64,000 nt of DNA from assembly GCA_036337435.1 (NCBI GenBank), contig JAYZEG010000063.1, forward strand, positions 37,991 through 101,990. Direction: 5' to 3'. The DNA is from Myxococcota bacterium. Lineage in GTDB: Bacteria > Myxococcota_A > Bradymonadia > UBA7976 > UBA1532. Both the position numbers and the translations under genes were made by a program. Shown piece by piece: positions 1-10,600 of the stretch. Numbering within the stretch: the stretch's first letter is position 1; each line of letters begins with the position of its first letter. The notes beneath the pieces are model-generated. The model was not told the origin of the DNA and did not search any database. It saw nothing but the letters and a program-made list of their open reading frames with translations.

Positions 1-25
1 TCATCTCACGACCTGATTGCTGTCC

Positions 26-340
26 TTACTTCGAGCAGGCTTCGACGTAGCATTTGGACATGGCCTGATTAAGCAGTTCACAGCGGTCTTCATGATGGTT
101 CCAGTCAGCCTTGCATTGGGTGCAGCAATCTCTCGCAACCCTCAACTCACCGGACGCGCCATATCCAGGATCTTCACGGATTTTTCTATTTTCCACGCGT
201 TTTTCATCGTCGTGGCCTAAAACGAGCTGAACACTGGCGTTTCCAGCATCGCCTAGAAGGGGTCCCCCGACCGCGATAAAAAAGAATGCGAACAAACCGC
301 AAACAACGAATACTGCTTTTACGCCACCGCTCATAATCAC
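26..340 (-). CDS. Small exported/membrane hypothetical protein with Cys-rich C-terminus
   Basis: N-terminal hydrophobic stretch, C-terminal CCxxC...C...C...C; co-oriented and about 57 bp downstream of the TonB-dependent receptor. Confidence 0.55.
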   Translation of the reverse strand: MIMSGGVKAVFVVCGLFAFFFIAVGGPLLGDAGNASVQLVLGHDDEKRVENRKIREDPGYGASGELRVARDCCTQCKADWNHHEDRCELLNQAMSKCYVEACSK

Positions 341-397
341 TCGGCTCCATTGGTTGATGGTCCATATCTACACCGAAATGCCGCTCTACGCTACAGA

Positions 398-2278
398 TCA
401 TCGATGATTTGTGTTCTCCAAGGCCGTCCAACGGAGGTTAACAAAGCCCGCTCGGCCCGGTAGAGGACGATGAATCACATCGAAAAGTTGCGTTTCATCG
501 AAGATATTTTGAACCTCCATGCTCATCGAAAACCCCGAACCGAGCCACCAACGAATACCCGTTGAGACCGTCACGTAGCCGGGCAGCTCCCGATGCCCAA
601 ACCGGTCTGATTTGACGATACCTTGGTACAAGCCGCTGAGATAAATGTTGAACCTCCGGAATGGGGAATCTACAAGCCAGTTCAGGCGATGGTTGGGCCG
701 ATACGGTAAGGGTCTCTTGGATTGGTCTCGATGCCATTGATAATGGTAGTTGGCTTCCAGGCGTATCCTCGAAAACTGGAGTCGCACTCGCGCTTCTAGA
801 CCAGCAATGTCCGCGGATAAATCGTCGCTTGCTTGGAGCCTGAATGCATCGATCGGCAAGAATAAGATCAAGCGCTCATAGCGTTGAAAATAACCGCCCG
901 TCTCGATGAGCCAAAGTTTACGATCGAGGGCTTGCACGCGGAGGGAGAGAGACCCACTCCAGCCATCTTCTGGCCGGAGCGACGTGTTTCCAGAAATCCC
1001 TGGTCCGCGAAAATATAATTCGTCAAAGCTCGGATCGCGGAAGTTTCGTCCAACTTGGGCACTCAATCTGATGGCTCGGTTTGCAGTCCAGATGCCGTTA
1101 AATTGAGGTGCAACGATGACGTCTCGGCCAGTGCGCATGTCCAGTCTGGTTGAGAACATCAGTTCCAGTTTATCAGAGGGCAACCAGCCTAGGCCACCAA
1201 CGACGGACCCTGACATCCGTTCCTCGGTTCGGAGTTGCGTTGATCCAGCGGTCTCCGCACGAGCGTAGGTTGCGTCGCCACTCGTCTGAATTAGAAATTC
1301 ATCCCGTGGATAAAACATAATTTGGGTGCGCGTATCGACGCTATAATCGGTCAGCTTGAATTCATCTTGCATCAATCCAAAGGCAGACCGCTCATCGGAA
1401 AATTCATAGGATCTGACGATGGTTCCGGCGGACGTTCGAATGGCCATTCTGCCTCCGAATACGGATGCATCATCGAGGGTTAATCGTGCACTCTTTCGGT
1501 CTTGTTGGCTGCCGGCGGTTAGACTTGGTGCTTCCCCAGACCCTGGTTCACCACGCTCGTCCAGGTAAACGTCAGTGAGCAGTGACCACTGTGTTGACGT
1601 CCCGGTGATCCATTGGGCTTGGATTGCACCGCCTCCGTTCATGTGATGATTGTTGGCCCGCGTCTGTTGACGACCGTTGGTGTCCTGGTACGTGAAGTCG
1701 CCGTCTGCAGCCGAAAAACGTCCGCTCAAAAGGATTCGCGTTGAATCCGTGGTCAAATCGACGCAGCCATGAGCATAGCGATAGCCGAAGGAACCGAGTC
1801 CAGATTCCAGTTTGTTCGCAGAGCGTTCCTTGGGTAAGCGAAGTCTGAGCACACCGCCTTGGGCACCGCTGCCGTAGCTTGCACCGGCGGATCCGCGCAA
1901 GACCTCAATCTGGTCCAAGCAGCCGATGGGCATACTGGTCAAATCAATGGCGTCACCACGCGCTCCACTCAATTGAATGTCTTCGAGCAAAACCAAAACT
2001 TGGTTTGAGCCCGCACCGCGCAGTTGCAGAACTTGACCGCGGCCCAAACTTCCACTGCGTTGAACGCGCGCGCCCAAAACACGATCGACATGTTGACCAA
2101 TATCTAGCCTCATGCGCGGGTCTTCATCGAGCTTTATGGCATCGACGGTTGCCGATGCGTTGCGTTGGTCTCGCTGCGGCCTTTCTCCGCTGACAGTAAT
2201 CTCGTCGTCTTGGCCATAGGCCGTGGTCGCACTGCTCAGGACTAAGCAGGCGAGACAAATCCTGAATTGAGTTGTCAT
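398..2278 (-). CDS. TonB-dependent outer membrane receptor (BtuB-like plug + barrel)
   Basis: Signal peptide, TonB-box-like EITVSG, plug motifs LRGAGSNQVLVLLED and IEVLRGSAGASYGSGAQGGV, barrel motifs FRDPSFDELY and NIFD...PLPGR. Confidence 0.9.
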   Translation of the reverse strand: MTTQFRICLACLVLSSATTAYGQDDEITVSGERPQRDQRNASATVDAIKLDEDPRMRLDIGQHVDRVLGARVQRSGSLGRGQVLQLRGAGSNQVLVLLEDIQLSGARGDAIDLTSMPIGCLDQIEVLRGSAGASYGSGAQGGVLRLRLPKERSANKLESGLGSFGYRYAHGCVDLTTDSTRILLSGRFSAADGDFTYQDTNGRQQTRANNHHMNGGGAIQAQWITGTSTQWSLLTDVYLDERGEPGSGEAPSLTAGSQQDRKSARLTLDDASVFGGRMAIRTSAGTIVRSYEFSDERSAFGLMQDEFKLTDYSVDTRTQIMFYPRDEFLIQTSGDATYARAETAGSTQLRTEERMSGSVVGGLGWLPSDKLELMFSTRLDMRTGRDVIVAPQFNGIWTANRAIRLSAQVGRNFRDPSFDELYFRGPGISGNTSLRPEDGWSGSLSLRVQALDRKLWLIETGGYFQRYERLILFLPIDAFRLQASDDLSADIAGLEARVRLQFSRIRLEANYHYQWHRDQSKRPLPYRPNHRLNWLVDSPFRRFNIYLSGLYQGIVKSDRFGHRELPGYVTVSTGIRWWLGSGFSMSMEVQNIFDETQLFDVIHRPLPGRAGFVNLRWTALENTNHR

Positions 2279-2853
2279 GGTGTCTTAGGCTTTGGCTGCT
2301 GTACGCCTTTTAGGGGAAAACTCGGATCAACGAAAACGGTCTTTACTTGGCGCAGATAAACACATGCATCCGGTCCCTTTTGTTTGATTGGTTTGGTCTG
2401 CGCGAGCAGTTCGACGCGGCCCACTTGCGTGAATGGTATGTCGATGTTTTCTACGTTAACTTGGCCCTTGGCTCGTTCAACCAAATAGCCGCCACGTTTT
2501 ATGACCTGTTGCAGATACCGCCTCTGGGACTTGGCTTTGCAAGACGGTGTCGTGACCACGCGTTTTTCGGTGTTGCTGCACAAGTCCTCTGTTTCGGTGG
2601 CATCGACGACCAACTTGAGACCTGGAAGGCAAACGACATCTGCCGTTTCCAAGCGGCACTGTACGTGCGGGCTCAGATTCCGCAGCACCGGTTGAGAGAT
2701 TCCCTGAATACCTCGGCAGTCTACAAGGTTTTCCTGAGTCTTTGTTTGAGCCGATGCCGAAACGGAAAACAGCAAGATAAGTAGGGACAACTGAGTCCAT
2801 TTATCAGTGGTTTTGCAGACGGAACGAGATGTGCCTTTTGGTCGACTGCTCAC
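2275..2853 (-). CDS. Secreted hypothetical protein with spaced cysteines
   Basis: Signal peptide LSLLILLFSVSASA; stop overlaps the receptor start (ATGA); GTG start at 2853 chosen because it lies just after the upstream stop. Confidence 0.6.
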   Translation of the reverse strand: MSSRPKGTSRSVCKTTDKWTQLSLLILLFSVSASAQTKTQENLVDCRGIQGISQPVLRNLSPHVQCRLETADVVCLPGLKLVVDATETEDLCSNTEKRVVTTPSCKAKSQRRYLQQVIKRGGYLVERAKGQVNVENIDIPFTQVGRVELLAQTKPIKQKGPDACVYLRQVKTVFVDPSFPLKGVQQPKPKTP

Positions 2854-2857
2854 TGGA

Positions 2858-3769
2858 CTAGGGCCACCTATACGCTCTGAGAGTTTGAATCTCGTCAAAG
2901 GATGCTTCGAATCCCGTGGCGTCAACAAAACGCTGGTTGTCGATAACGACGGGATATTTGATATGATTCAATGAGCCTTTCGGCAATCTTGAGAAGCCGA
3001 AGCGCCCGAGTATCGCTGGAAACAACGGCTCGGGGACCGGGATCGAACGGCACCCCGCAATTCGGCACAGCAGGGCGAGCGGGACTGGCGGTGGACCCGA
3101 TACATTAAACACCCCCCTCAGTTTATTCTTCAAACTGGTGAAGATGGCCATCGCCGCATCTGCTTCATGCATGAAATGGAATAAAGGGTCAAAGCCCATG
3201 ACAGTCGGTACTTTCGGTCCGCGCAAGTAATTGGCTAAGGTGCCGCGCTTTGAAGGGCCGAGTGAATAGGCGAGTCGAAGCACGGCAGTCTCGACGCTTG
3301 GTCGTCGCCAAATTGAATTTCCTGCGTAGAGGTCAGCTGCGACTAAGTCTGCAAGGTTAGGGAAGGTGCTTCCAGCCATCAGCGGTTCGTCCTCATTGCG
3401 ATACAAGGGGGCGTCGGCCGCGGCACCATACACGGTATGTCGGCCGACAAAGATGGCGTGCTTGACCCCATAATTCTCGCAATAGTCCCAAACGGCCCTG
3501 GTTCCGCCCAAATTGATTCGGTAGCGTTCCTCGCTGCCTGCGCTGACATAGGTCACCGTAGCCATATGAATCAGGGCGTCAGGTTTGTAGGTCCGAAAAA
3601 CGTCTTCGGCCGGCCTTTTACGCATATCGACTCGGAACATTTGAACTCGAGCTGGGCAGTCTGGCCATGGGCGTCGGTCAAGCCCCAGAACGTCATGACC
3701 GTCGTTGACGAGCAGGTGGACAACTTGACGTGCCAATGCCCCACTCGCGCCAGTAACAACCACCTTCAT
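2858..3769 (-). CDS. NAD-dependent epimerase/dehydratase family (extended SDR), atypical active site
   Basis: [11 protein letters not shown]ossmann motif, IHMA, INLGGT; no YxxxK at the expected position; ATGA overlap with the upstream acyltransferase. Confidence 0.85.
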   Translation of the reverse strand: MKVVVTGASGALARQVVHLLVNDGHDVLGLDRRPWPDCPARVQMFRVDMRKRPAEDVFRTYKPDALIHMATVTYVSAGSEERYRINLGGTRAVWDYCENYGVKHAIFVGRHTVYGAAADAPLYRNEDEPLMAGSTFPNLADLVAADLYAGNSIWRRPSVETAVLRLAYSLGPSKRGTLANYLRGPKVPTVMGFDPLFHFMHEADAAMAIFTSLKNKLRGVFNVSGPPPVPLALLCRIAGCRSIPVPEPLFPAILGRFGFSRLPKGSLNHIKYPVVIDNQRFVDATGFEASFDEIQTLRAYRWP

Positions 3770-4575
3770 GTTTTTTCCCCAAGGGCCTGCCGCCCGTCCA
3801 CGATCAGTTCTGCTATGCGGCTCCTAACCTCTTTGACATAGCCTTCAATAACGAGATCTGATTCGGTGCCATCTCCCTCGAAAAGGATCGGTTCGCCGTA
3901 GTGTATTCGACAGCGAATCGGCAGCGGAACTGGAAGAAGGTAGGGTGGAACCGGCCAGTAGGGGACTCCGACCAGCTTGGCGAGTGACTTGGCATGGAAC
4001 ATCGCGGGAAATGCTTCTTCACCCCCGACGTAGGCGAACGGGACGATGGGGGTTTGCGTTTTCAGGGCGATTCTCATGAAACCCGTTCCGAATCGAACGA
4101 GCTTGTATTTGTCTTTGTAGAGTTTTCCGATGCCGCGCACACCTTCAGGAAACGCCATCAAGAGCCGTTCGTCCTTGAGCATACGGATCGCGTGCTCAGG
4201 AAGCCCCGTAAACTGACCAATGCGGGAGAACCAAGAGGACAGAAAAGGAATCGTTTGCGCGAACTTCTCTACCATCCCGTGAATGTATCTCGGTGGATTT
4301 AAATCAAAGAACAACGATGCCATAACCATTCCACCGTCTGCGGGAAGCGAGCCCGAGTGATTACCAATCAACATGGCTCGACCTGTCGGCGGGATATTCT
4401 CGAGACCAACAGGGGTCACCTTAAAATACTGTTTGTAGAAGAAACCCAGCATCGAATAGAAAACGCCCAGGTGTTCCCGCGATATGCCAACAGGATCGTG
4501 GCCGTATGCATTAAAGTCCAAGTCGAGGCTGTCGAGACGCGTTTGGACCTCTTCATGAATTAAATGAGTGAGCAT
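3766..4575 (-). CDS. Lysophospholipid/glycerol acyltransferase (PlsC-like)
   Basis: NHSGSLPAD (HxxxxD), FPEG, PIVP motifs. Confidence 0.9.
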   Translation of the reverse strand: MLTHLIHEEVQTRLDSLDLDFNAYGHDPVGISREHLGVFYSMLGFFYKQYFKVTPVGLENIPPTGRAMLIGNHSGSLPADGGMVMASLFFDLNPPRYIHGMVEKFAQTIPFLSSWFSRIGQFTGLPEHAIRMLKDERLLMAFPEGVRGIGKLYKDKYKLVRFGTGFMRIALKTQTPIVPFAYVGGEEAFPAMFHAKSLAKLVGVPYWPVPPYLLPVPLPIRCRIHYGEPILFEGDGTESDLVIEGYVKEVRSRIAELIVDGRQALGEKT

Positions 4576-4708
4576 GGGTTTTACCCTGATCCGATCGACA
4601 ACAGAGTGAGTTTACGTTGGCCTTGTTATTATCGACCAGCTTCATAGAGTTGTCCATTGAACTCTTACGGAGTAAACAAGACCCGTTCGACAGAGGAGAG
4701 CAGACCCC

Positions 4709-5485
4709 ATGAATCACGTTACAGTTGTGACCGGAGCATCATCAGGGATCGGTGCCGAACTCGCCAAGCAGTTGGCGTCGGCTGGGCATTCGGTTGCGTT
4801 ATTGGCGAGACGTAAAGATGAGTTAATGGCCCTTGCAGATGACATCATTCGAGCCGGTGGCCGCGCCGAGGTCTTTCCTGTCGATGTTGCAGACCGAGGT
4901 GCTGTGGTGGAGGCGATGAAAGAAATCGAATCACGGCTGGGACCGATCACAACTCTGGTCGCCAATGCTGGAATTGGTGACTCAACTCCAGCGAACGGAT
5001 TTAGGTCGGACAAAGTCGAGCGAATTATTAGAGTCAACTTGCTGGGCGTGGTCTATTGCATTGAATATGTCCTGCCCGGCATGCTTGAACGCGATCAGGG
5101 TCATATTGTTGGCATTGGCAGTTTAGCTGGCTATCGAGGCCTACCGGGCTCGGCTGGTTATTGTGCATCGAAAGCCGGATTGGCGGCGCTGCTCGAATCC
5201 CTTCGTATTGAACTTCAGAGTACAGAGGTTTCGGTCACCACCATTTGTCCGGGCTTTGTGAAGACGCCCCTAACCGCTCGAAATCATCATCCCATGCCCT
5301 TCATTCTGGAGCTGGACGATGCGACGCGCCGCATTGTCCGGGCCATGGCAAAGAAGCGCACAGAGTATGCCTTCCCGTGGCCACTTGCCTTCACGGTGAA
5401 ACTCGCCCGATTCATTCCGAACAGGCTCTATGACCGTATCCTCAAGAATCAGTCGGCTCAGAAGGAACCGTCGAGCACAAACTAA
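4709..5485 (+). CDS. Short-chain dehydrogenase/reductase
   Basis: TGASSGIG, ANAG, YCASK, PGFVKT; GAGGAG RBS. Confidence 0.92.
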   Translation: MNHVTVVTGASSGIGAELAKQLASAGHSVALLARRKDELMALADDIIRAGGRAEVFPVDVADRGAVVEAMKEIESRLGPITTLVANAGIGDSTPANGFRSDKVERIIRVNLLGVVYCIEYVLPGMLERDQGHIVGIGSLAGYRGLPGSAGYCASKAGLAALLESLRIELQSTEVSVTTICPGFVKTPLTARNHHPMPFILELDDATRRIVRAMAKKRTEYAFPWPLAFTVKLARFIPNRLYDRILKNQSAQKEPSSTN

Positions 5486-5490
5486 TGTGT

Positions 5491-6141
5491 CTAGTCGAGT
5501 AGCCAATCATGTTTTAGACTGCCGTTCCGTCTAAATCGCGCCGGTCCGGTGCGTGTCACGGCCTGTCTGCGCCTGAGCCACGCTTTGAAGGGCCGGGGCG
5601 CCACGGGTTGCCCCAAGATTTGGCTGTAGAGTTGCCGAGCTTGTTTTGTTCGGAACGTCGCTGGAAGCAGTGCGAGAGGATAGGTGTCGACGTTGATTCG
5701 CTGTCTGAGGTGGACTATGGCGGCATCTAACATATCAGCCAAATTGCGTTTCAATTGCGGCCTTGTTGAGAGCGGATACCAGTCCGATCGACCACGCTGA
5801 TCATTGAGTTTGACGGCGTGATTTGGCTTTAGGAGACCCAGAAAGGTGAGGCTGACAGACCAGTCTTCGTCGTCTTGAACAGACGGCCATAAAGAACTCA
5901 ATTCGGCGAGTTCAATGATGTCCTCGTCAAGGTCGAATCCCAGGAGGTGTTTCAGAGTCTGACGTGGTGTCTCACCATTGAGTATTACGGCGGACGGTAG
6001 GGTCAAAAGACCATTTTCATCATCCTTGGGGGACTCGATGAAAAGACCTTCGAGTTGGCCTTTCGTATACCGTAGGATGACGACGTGTACGGTCAGTGTT
6101 GGCTTTGAGTCGGATGTTTTCATATGTGCCAGAGTACTCAT
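5491..6141 (-). CDS. NrtR-like Nudix + winged-helix regulator with degenerate Nudix box
   Basis: PTLTVHVVIL...LTLPSAVILNGETPRQ Nudix-like N-terminus; C-terminal LLPATF...LYSQILG...FKAWL...TGPARFRR resembling the NrtR wHTH. Confidence 0.65.
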   Translation of the reverse strand: MSTLAHMKTSDSKPTLTVHVVILRYTKGQLEGLFIESPKDDENGLLTLPSAVILNGETPRQTLKHLLGFDLDEDIIELAELSSLWPSVQDDEDWSVSLTFLGLLKPNHAVKLNDQRGRSDWYPLSTRPQLKRNLADMLDAAIVHLRQRINVDTYPLALLPATFRTKQARQLYSQILGQPVAPRPFKAWLRRRQAVTRTGPARFRRNGSLKHDWLLD

Positions 6142-6213
6142 CCTCGGTCCGTCAGGAAAGGGGGCTCGCTTTTCGAGTGTACGCCAACGTCAAAATTTCC
6201 GATAATCAACGGT

Positions 6214-7560
6214 ATGCCCGCTGGTTTTTTTTACTCATTTTTGCTGTTCCTCTGTTTTGCCTGTGCATCTGGCGAACCCCGCCCATACATGGAGATTATA
6301 ACGACGCCAACCGATCGTGATGTCACTGCCCAATCAGAGGTTGGGGTTGGTGATGGGGGGGGACTCAACGATTTTGGTGGTTTTATTGAGCTAGAGCCAA
6401 ATCGAACCGTCTTTTTGATTGTTGACCAACAACCGTACGAGACGGGTTTTAGAGGGACTTTGATTCCGCCACATCGGCCGGCTTATGAGCATCTGGATGA
6501 GCTTGATAAGATCGAGCCAACGGTCCTTGTTGCTGTTTGGGATGGGCCGGGGTCCATACGTGATGACCAGCTAAAGAGCTTGTCAGCTAGGCGTTGGCCC
6601 ATTGTTCCTTTTTACCGGCCTAGCGCAAATGGACTGCCCTTGAATCGGGATGAGGTTCTGGCGAATCTGCAGGTCCTTCTGGAGTGGCTCATCAATAGCC
6701 CTTCTCCGTACCGCGTCGATGGTAAGATCCTGGTCGCCCTGGACTTAAGCGACGCTCTCCAGCCTTATTCAGACGACCTTTTAAGCTTTGTCGAGACGGC
6801 GGCTGAATTCAATCTACTGGTTAAAGTGTCTAACCCCGATGCAGCTCCGTTCCAGGCTCTCGGTTATTGGACGACCTGTCATGACGCCATTGATGTGCTT
6901 GATGACCGACAAATACCGTGTGTCGGGCCCAAGCAAGGTCGCGGTTCATTGGATCCTGAATCGGACTTTGCAAATCGCCTCGTTGAAGCCAGATTGCTCA
7001 GTGACGCTGGCCATCGACAACTCCTGGTTGATGGGCTTGGCCGCTGGGATAACGATGGACAGCTCGATTCGGTCGTTGGTTCGGACACGGTAAGGCCGGA
7101 AGGACTGACTGGCGGTCAGCTTATCAAAGCGTATGGAGAAGGCCGAGTTCAGCAAGTGAGACGTATGTTAGCCCGCTCTCAAGACGGCAACTTTATTTCG
7201 TTTTTTGACCAAGACGTTGACTTAGTTGGACGTGGTGACTTGAGAGTGGACACTCGAGCTGGCGCGCTCCAATTTAAGCTCAGTCCAAGTTCTGAATACG
7301 TAAAAGTGCTGTTGAATTCCACTCCCTTTGTTTTATTTCCCACGACTCAATGTGTAATTCAACGAATCAGTGAGGGCATGAGTTTGCAATTTCGTTTTGC
7401 GACCGGCGAGATCCAGACATGGCACCATCGCTCGGATCAGGCTTACACGGCCTTTTTGGTTGGACGGGTCATGCGACGAGTCGAAGACGTTATCATCGAG
7501 TATCGGGGTGCCACCATCGAGGCAGTGCCCTCGATTGATGGGTTGATTTGTGGGCAGTGA
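6214..7560 (+). CDS. Lipoprotein with a degenerate GH99-like domain
   Basis: Lipobox-like LCFAC; segments FRGTLIPP, VAVWDGPGS, YRVDGKILV, GRWDNDGQLD...YGEGRV recall GH99-like proteins (recalled resemblance, not searched); ATG 6214 preferred over 6124. Confidence 0.5.
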   Translation: MPAGFFYSFLLFLCFACASGEPRPYMEIITTPTDRDVTAQSEVGVGDGGGLNDFGGFIELEPNRTVFLIVDQQPYETGFRGTLIPPHRPAYEHLDELDKIEPTVLVAVWDGPGSIRDDQLKSLSARRWPIVPFYRPSANGLPLNRDEVLANLQVLLEWLINSPSPYRVDGKILVALDLSDALQPYSDDLLSFVETAAEFNLLVKVSNPDAAPFQALGYWTTCHDAIDVLDDRQIPCVGPKQGRGSLDPESDFANRLVEARLLSDAGHRQLLVDGLGRWDNDGQLDSVVGSDTVRPEGLTGGQLIKAYGEGRVQQVRRMLARSQDGNFISFFDQDVDLVGRGDLRVDTRAGALQFKLSPSSEYVKVLLNSTPFVLFPTTQCVIQRISEGMSLQFRFATGEIQTWHHRSDQAYTAFLVGRVMRRVEDVIIEYRGATIEAVPSIDGLICGQ

Positions 7561-7662
7561 TGTTTTCTTTCCCAGCGCGAGTTGAATCGAGACAGGTTTC
7601 ACTCTCGCGCTGTTGGCATTCTCGGTATAGTCTAAGGAGTCCGAACGAGCTGGCATGATCGA

Positions 7663-10600
7663 TTGAGCGACAAAAAAGAACCATACGATACGAGCGAGCG
7701 CATCGAGCAGCTGCGCGGTGAGCTGAAGAGGGATCCTGGCTCCCACGCGTACGTCGAACTGGCGCAACTGTATTTAGAACAGGGTGACTTGGTCTCAGCC
7801 CGCGGGGTGGTTCTTGACGGACTGTCTCTCGACTCCAGACATGTTGCCGGCCAAGTGATGCTTGCTAAACTGGACCTCACTCTTGGTTTTTATGACCGGG
7901 CAGAGCCAACGCTCAGACGAATTCTTCAGGCCCGGCCTCAGAACGTGGAGGCGACCTTATTGCTGGTCGACCTCTTGAGCATCACTGAACGTCAAGAAGA
8001 AGCCGTCGCTTTGTTGCGGACTAAAATCAGGCTGTTTTCAGATTCAGCTTTTGTCTCGAAATTACAGGAAATGACAGGGTCCGGTCAGGTGAGCATGTCC
8101 TACCCAGTCACGGGTGGTGCCACTCAGATGTCGCGCTACGTAAAGTCTTTGACGAAACGCTCTGAGTTGAATTCTCGGACGGGTGAAGAACCCCCAACCG
8201 AAGAGGTCGCAGCACCCGTTACGTTGGTCAGTCAGCTGAAAAAAACGGATACCGATGACGCCCAAACCGAGAAAACCGAGCCACCGCGTCAGGGGGCAGC
8301 GGTTGTTGGACGCGAGACGGCGCCCAACCCGCAGCCACTTGGACCCGATGTAGCGTACCCAACTTTGGGCAACAACTCAGGCAGACCAACGCTCAGTGTT
8401 CCCGATACAACCAATCAAATTGGCCCAGGCCCGGATGAGATTGTTCTGCGTCCGATGGTGGGTGCACCAACCACGCCCATAGATCCCACCCAAGCTGCGG
8501 GGCATGATGGGCGGTCACAGGAGGCCCAGGAGCAGACCAATCAGGGGTCTCATGGGATTCCGGAGCCACCGACGCTGTCAGATTTTGGCGATTTGAATGC
8601 CATCTCTGATGATCGGGTCGTATCCAAGAGGGCTGATCGGTCTACAGGGCGTGGCGATTATCCCCAAGAAACTGATCGTCTCGAAATTGACGAATCTATC
8701 GGCGGTGAAGAAACCACCAATAATGTTCTTTCGTCCGGCGGAAAACCGAGGCGAGTCGGAGAGGGCGAACGGTCCGATTTTATTGATACCGAACCGCGTC
8801 ATCCCCTTGACCAAAAAACCAAAAATTATGTCCGAGAACCAGGTCATATGCCGCTTAGCCCCGCCCTGACAGTCGAGGCTGCCCGCGCCAATGATAAACA
8901 CCTGCCGGCGCGTGTTCTTGAAGAGCCGAAGACCGTAGAGCGGACATCAGCAGCCGAAGCTCCAGAACCAACCCAGCGTCGGGCAGGCCAAGATGCTTTT
9001 TTTGCGATCCGAATCATTTTACTCTGTTTCATTGGTTTGGCAGCACTCACATCGATCTTTTCTGTGAGCCAATATCGGACGAGCCTGAGCAATGAATTGG
9101 ATGCATATGACCAAATCAAGGCGAGTATTCAGGATGGAAACTATGCCAGTCGTAAACGGGCTTTTGATTATTTCGTAAATCAACATCAATTGCCCTTTCT
9201 GGCGGCGTCGGCTCGGAAGGTGGTTAATTGGTTTGGTCCCAGTGCCTTTGACCGACTCAAGGCTGACCAAGACGCGTTTCGTGACCGTCTGACCCAGGAG
9301 CTGATCTACATCTACGGGGAAGCTGGGCCTGTGGCAGACACGTCGAAAAAGACCTCGTTTCCATCTATGGCAGGTCGCAATGACCATGTCATCGCGCGCA
9401 TTTTGGCTGCGTTGAAGGCGGGTCGCATAGATGAAGCTGAAAATCGACTCAACGAGCTGAAAGACATCCCCGAGCTTGCTGATGATAATGCGTGGATCGC
9501 AGCGCTCGTATTCGTCGAGAAGGGGCAAATTCAAAGCGCAATTGATCGACTGCGGGTGTCAATTCGAGCAAATCCGAATCATCCCCATGCCCTGCCGACT
9601 TTGGTCAAACTCACCAGCTCTCTACGGGATCCAATCCCAACGCTGGAGACGTATCGAAGATTGCTCAATGATCAAAAACCAAACCACATTTCGTCTCAGA
9701 TTGATTTTCAGGCGTTTCGAATTAGGTTGGGTAAAAATACAAGTTTAGCAACGCAGCGCCTGCGCGAACTCCTGACCCGTGATGGTGAACTTTCAAGTTT
9801 GCAAGAAGCGACTATACATCAGGCGTTGGGCGAACACTTTGTGACCAGCAATCAGCCAGACGCGGCTAAACGAGCCTTTGAAAAGGCCATTGAACTCCAG
9901 AAACAGCGCTTTGAATTCGCGAGCCCTTTGGTCGCCTTACTGCTCGCGGAGTATGCGCTGGATGAAGCGGGACGTTTGCTTGAACACTATAAGGATGACG
10001 TCACACCCGACGTTTCTGCTCAGCTTGCCGAGCTACAATATTTACGCGGTTTTCCGGAAAACGCGATCACGATTTTGGGGGCTGGCCCCTTCGCTGATGT
10101 CTCAACTCGTCTGCTCAAAGCGAAAGCGCACTTGGCCATTGCCCGTCGACAACCGAGGGCAGCGAAAAGTCATCTAAATGCCGCAGAACAACTCTACCTG
10201 GACCTGATGAACACAGAGCGGCAGACGGCAAATCGCGCTCGCATCGGATTGGCATTGGTCCGGGTATTAAGTCGGCAAGAGGACAGCAAGGCACTGCGTC
10301 AGTTGGGGCAGCTGCGCGATGGTGTTGGGAACGCGTGGGACCGAGAAGCAAGGGCCTTCGTACTTTTAGCCTATGGCGAAGGGTTAATGACCCGTCAATT
10401 GTATCAGCGAGCGAAGACACAAATCCAAAGTGCCCAGCAATTGATTCCTGAACGGTACGAAGCGCACTGGGTTCTGTGCCGGCTCTATGACCTCATGTTG
10501 AGGTCCAAAGATGCGATTTCGCACTGTCGTTCAGCGCTGAAGAACCCGCATTTCGAGCCAGCCCGAGTAAAAATGTCTCAGATCGCGATGAAATATGGTG

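Noticed and set aside
2279..2400. Cobalamin riboswitch upstream of the BtuB-like receptor
   Set aside because: The receptor start overlaps the upstream gene stop, leaving no leader, and no B12-box was seen; substrate left unassigned
6142..6213. NrtR operator palindrome between the divergent genes
   Set aside because: Only a weak imperfect inverted repeat; no convincing GT-N7-AC palindrome
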